Below, one piece after another: positions 61,441 to 64,000 of a DNA stretch of 64,000 nt (positions are counted from its first letter, which is position 1; each line of letters opens with the position of its first letter). The translations under genes and the position numbers were made by a program. A model generated the notes under the pieces. That model was not told the DNA's origin. It ran no database searches and was given only the letters and a program-made list of their open reading frames with translations. Source of the stretch: Chiloscyllium plagiosum (lineage: Eukaryota); NCBI RefSeq assembly GCF_004010195.1, contig NC_057718.1:49850791-49914790 (forward strand), read 5' to 3'.

Positions 61441-62159
61441 TTTCCACCTTGCCTATTTGGAGTGCTCGGATTCATGAATCTTGTTCTCTCAATCCCAGTC
61501 CATCCTCCTTATCACCTATTGTTCTGTGTGACTGCTGTCTGTGGGGTAAAATTTACACAGGCTTTCCTTGCTGCCTCTGTGGTATGTGCGGCAAGTGTTC
61601 AGCTCCAATCTACTGTGTTTGCAATGTCAGAGCAGTCTGATCAAGGTTATTGATGACTTTTACTGACTGTGTCCATAGGCGCCTGGCAAATGTAGTTTGG
61701 TGCTCTACCTTTTGCTTCCTGTATTTCTTTAATCCCTCCATGGGGTCTCCCCTATTGTATTCTACAGTGGCTAGGATTGCTGTCTTCATGGCCTGCAGTT
61801 CCCACGTTCTGGGGATTAGGTAAGACAGAATGGATCATGATCTCCTCGATGTCATCAAACCTGTGGTGAACTCTCTGTTGCTGGGTGCTATTGAAAAACA
61901 TGTGGGGGGTCAGCTGTGAGCTCAAATACAGAAGATCTCTTTTGCTACCTCCAGCAGTTGTGCCACTGTAAATGAGGTTGTTTAAGTAATTGGATTATTG
62001 TTCAGGCCATCGTGACAGGTTATGATCAGTGGGTTCATCGGGACAGGGTAAGATCCTGGGGGTGCCACACGATTTATTCCTTTCAGAAAGGAAAGTTGGG
62101 GGGGAGTGTCCCTAATCTTCACTGCTCTCGGCATACATAAAGTCTTGTTCTTCCATTTC

Positions 62160-62490
62160 ATAAAATCCTGGAATCCCTCCAATGCAAATTGTGTCTGTAC
62201 CAACCCACCAAAGAGCTTGCCATTGAGACCCAACCTTATCCCTGTAACCCTACATTCCCCATGGCTAATCCACCGAGCTTGCACACCCCTGGATACTACT
62301 GGGCAATTTACCATGGCCAATACGTCTAACCTGCACATCTTTGGACCATTGGATGGAACTGGAATACTCAGTGGAAATCCATCAGACATGATGAGAATAT
62401 GCAAACACCATGCAGTTGCCTGAGGGTGGAATCAAACCCTGGTCCCTGGTGCTATAAGGAAGCAAACCTAACCTCTGAGCCACCATGCCA
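62160..62490 (-). mobile_element. HE1-related SINE (older subfamily)
   Basis: gggcaatttaccatggccaat..ctaacctgcacatctttggac core; reverse-complement A/B boxes near 62430-62490. Confidence 0.85.
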
Positions 62491-64000
62491 CAGGGTACTA
62501 TGCATACTGTAAAAACAACTTTGATATTTGGTAAGACTGAGAAAATAGCAGGGCTAAATTTACAGTGCACTATCATTGTGGGTCATAATACTTAACTCCA
62601 GGGCAGAGGATATTCCATTCCCTCCCCATTGAGTCTTGGTCCTCTCAGCGTTGCTGTGGGTCAATAAGACAAGGAGGGTTGTGAATAATGAACTTGGATA
62701 GAAGAGCAATTAATGGGGATGCAGGAGTTGGAGTGGTGTTGAGTTAGCAGGAAGTGTTTGTAGTCTTGAAGGGTGAGGTAGATGAGAGCATAATAGGGAG
62801 AGTTATTGTCTGTGAGCTTTGATGAGATGCTTGTGTATAGCAGAGTTAGAGTGATTGAACAGTGAATGTGAGGCAGCAGTGGGAAAATGCATAATTTACC
62901 CTTGTGGAGGGTGGAAGATCATTGAGCCTCTTCCTGCATTGCTCAGGACACAAGCTTGAGCAAGGCTGCTATCTTCAGTCCAAGCTGACTGTGTCTGGTG
63001 GTATGGCATGCTTCAACATTCTTCCAGAAAAAGAATGGCCATCCTCTCCATTACCCTGTCTATATGCACCTCCAAGACCATGTGTGCAAATCAAGGAGAT
63101 AACTTGCTTCATGGGCCAGTTACTTGAGGAAAATGGTGCAGGGTCACACTTTGAGGGCTAGTTCCTGGCTTGCAGCATCTGGAGTGGTGCACAACTAGGC
63201 TTCAAATATGGTGCCAGTCGCATGAAAACCAGAAGATCCCAGCATTGCCCTCCCATCTTTTCATGATTCCAATTGAAGGGTGTGAAAGAACCCAGTTGCT
63301 CAATTAAAGACTTGAAAAGCAGAAGGCCAAAGTCACTTTGGATCATACAGTGGACTCACCACCATGAATTTCACTTTGACTGTAAATGGGAATTTACACT
63401 CCATACATTTTGAATACTCATGAGCATATTTAACAAATACCGTTTTTCTTTCAGGAAACACACACAACTAGCAGAAATAATTTGCTTTCAATTGAGAGGT
63501 TGCTCCAACTTGAACAGTTGTCTTCAAGATTAGATAAATGGTACTGTAAGCCTAACCTATAATTGTTCATGATTTTATACATGTGCTGAAGTGAAGAAAT
63601 GTTAAAAGGGAAACCAGTGAAAATTACCACGCAGTACTTCATAAGATTTATAATATACTGTTATTTGGATTAGATGAGGTAATTAAATAATTTTGATAAC
63701 ATTTCAGAGTGGAGTATTTTGAGTAATATGCAGATAGCAATAGCTGAATAATTTCCTTTGCTTTGGGATTTATTTTCCCTTTTATACAGTGTTACAAAGC
63801 TCAGACTGACTTGAACTACCACTGCAGGTACAATGCTTCATTTTTGCACTTGTGTTCTTTGGGAAACACTCGTTTTTATGATTCAGCAGTCCAACTGTCA
63901 ATGAAATTGGACAATGCAGCACACAGAGGTATTGTTTAAACTGATTCAGAGATATATATTAGAAGCCAAATATTGCAAATCCAAAAGAAAGTTCTGTTTG

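Larger units (their letters stand above)
57770..62130 (-). mobile_element. Decayed endogenous retrovirus (gag-pro-pol)
   Basis: Zinc-knuckle remnant KCSNCGC..FTRDYP (~60150-60195); protease PLVDGEVGGQTFEF..DT(R)GS (~59845-59915); RT NSPIWSVKKPDGCWQLTIDYRELNK, YTWLCLPQGFHNSP, LVQYMDDLLLQ; connection-domain IPDPELPFSLEV. The gag-side boundary is uncertain. Confidence 0.85.

Noticed and set aside
63790..63827. Possible small exon (acceptor ...ccttttatacag, donor CAG|gtacaa; CYKAQTDLNYHC)
   Set aside because: The frame required to follow the 43948-44009 candidate hits a stop; no other support.

Overview
Vertebrate genomic DNA, AT-rich and dominated by transposable elements. The HE1-type tRNA-derived SINEs and the CR1/Penelope content suggest a cartilaginous fish (shark); this is inference. 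No intact long gene is present. Contents: many CR1 LINE fragments (one near-full-length copy at 34.4-39.1 kb), Rex1/Babar, RTE and Tx1 LINE pieces, several decayed Gypsy LTR elements and a solo LTR, a decayed endogenous retrovirus (gag-pro-pol, minus strand, about 57.8-62.1 kb), and SINEs. The most striking signal is more than a dozen Penelope-like (PLE) insertions or arms. Several are short, often palindromic elements flanked by 11-17 bp target-site duplications (TSDs), and they carry a minimal hammerhead-ribozyme motif (CUGAnGA-stem II-GAAAC-GUC), sometimes on both strands. Two short phase-compatible candidate exons (13768-13818, 43948-44009) may encode a signal-peptide N-terminus, which would make the window mostly intron; this is low confidence. 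Also present: an 11-bp minisatellite built on the AP-1 motif and a ~360-bp inverted repeat pair. Family calls come from recognising motifs by eye, and boundaries are approximate unless a TSD is given.
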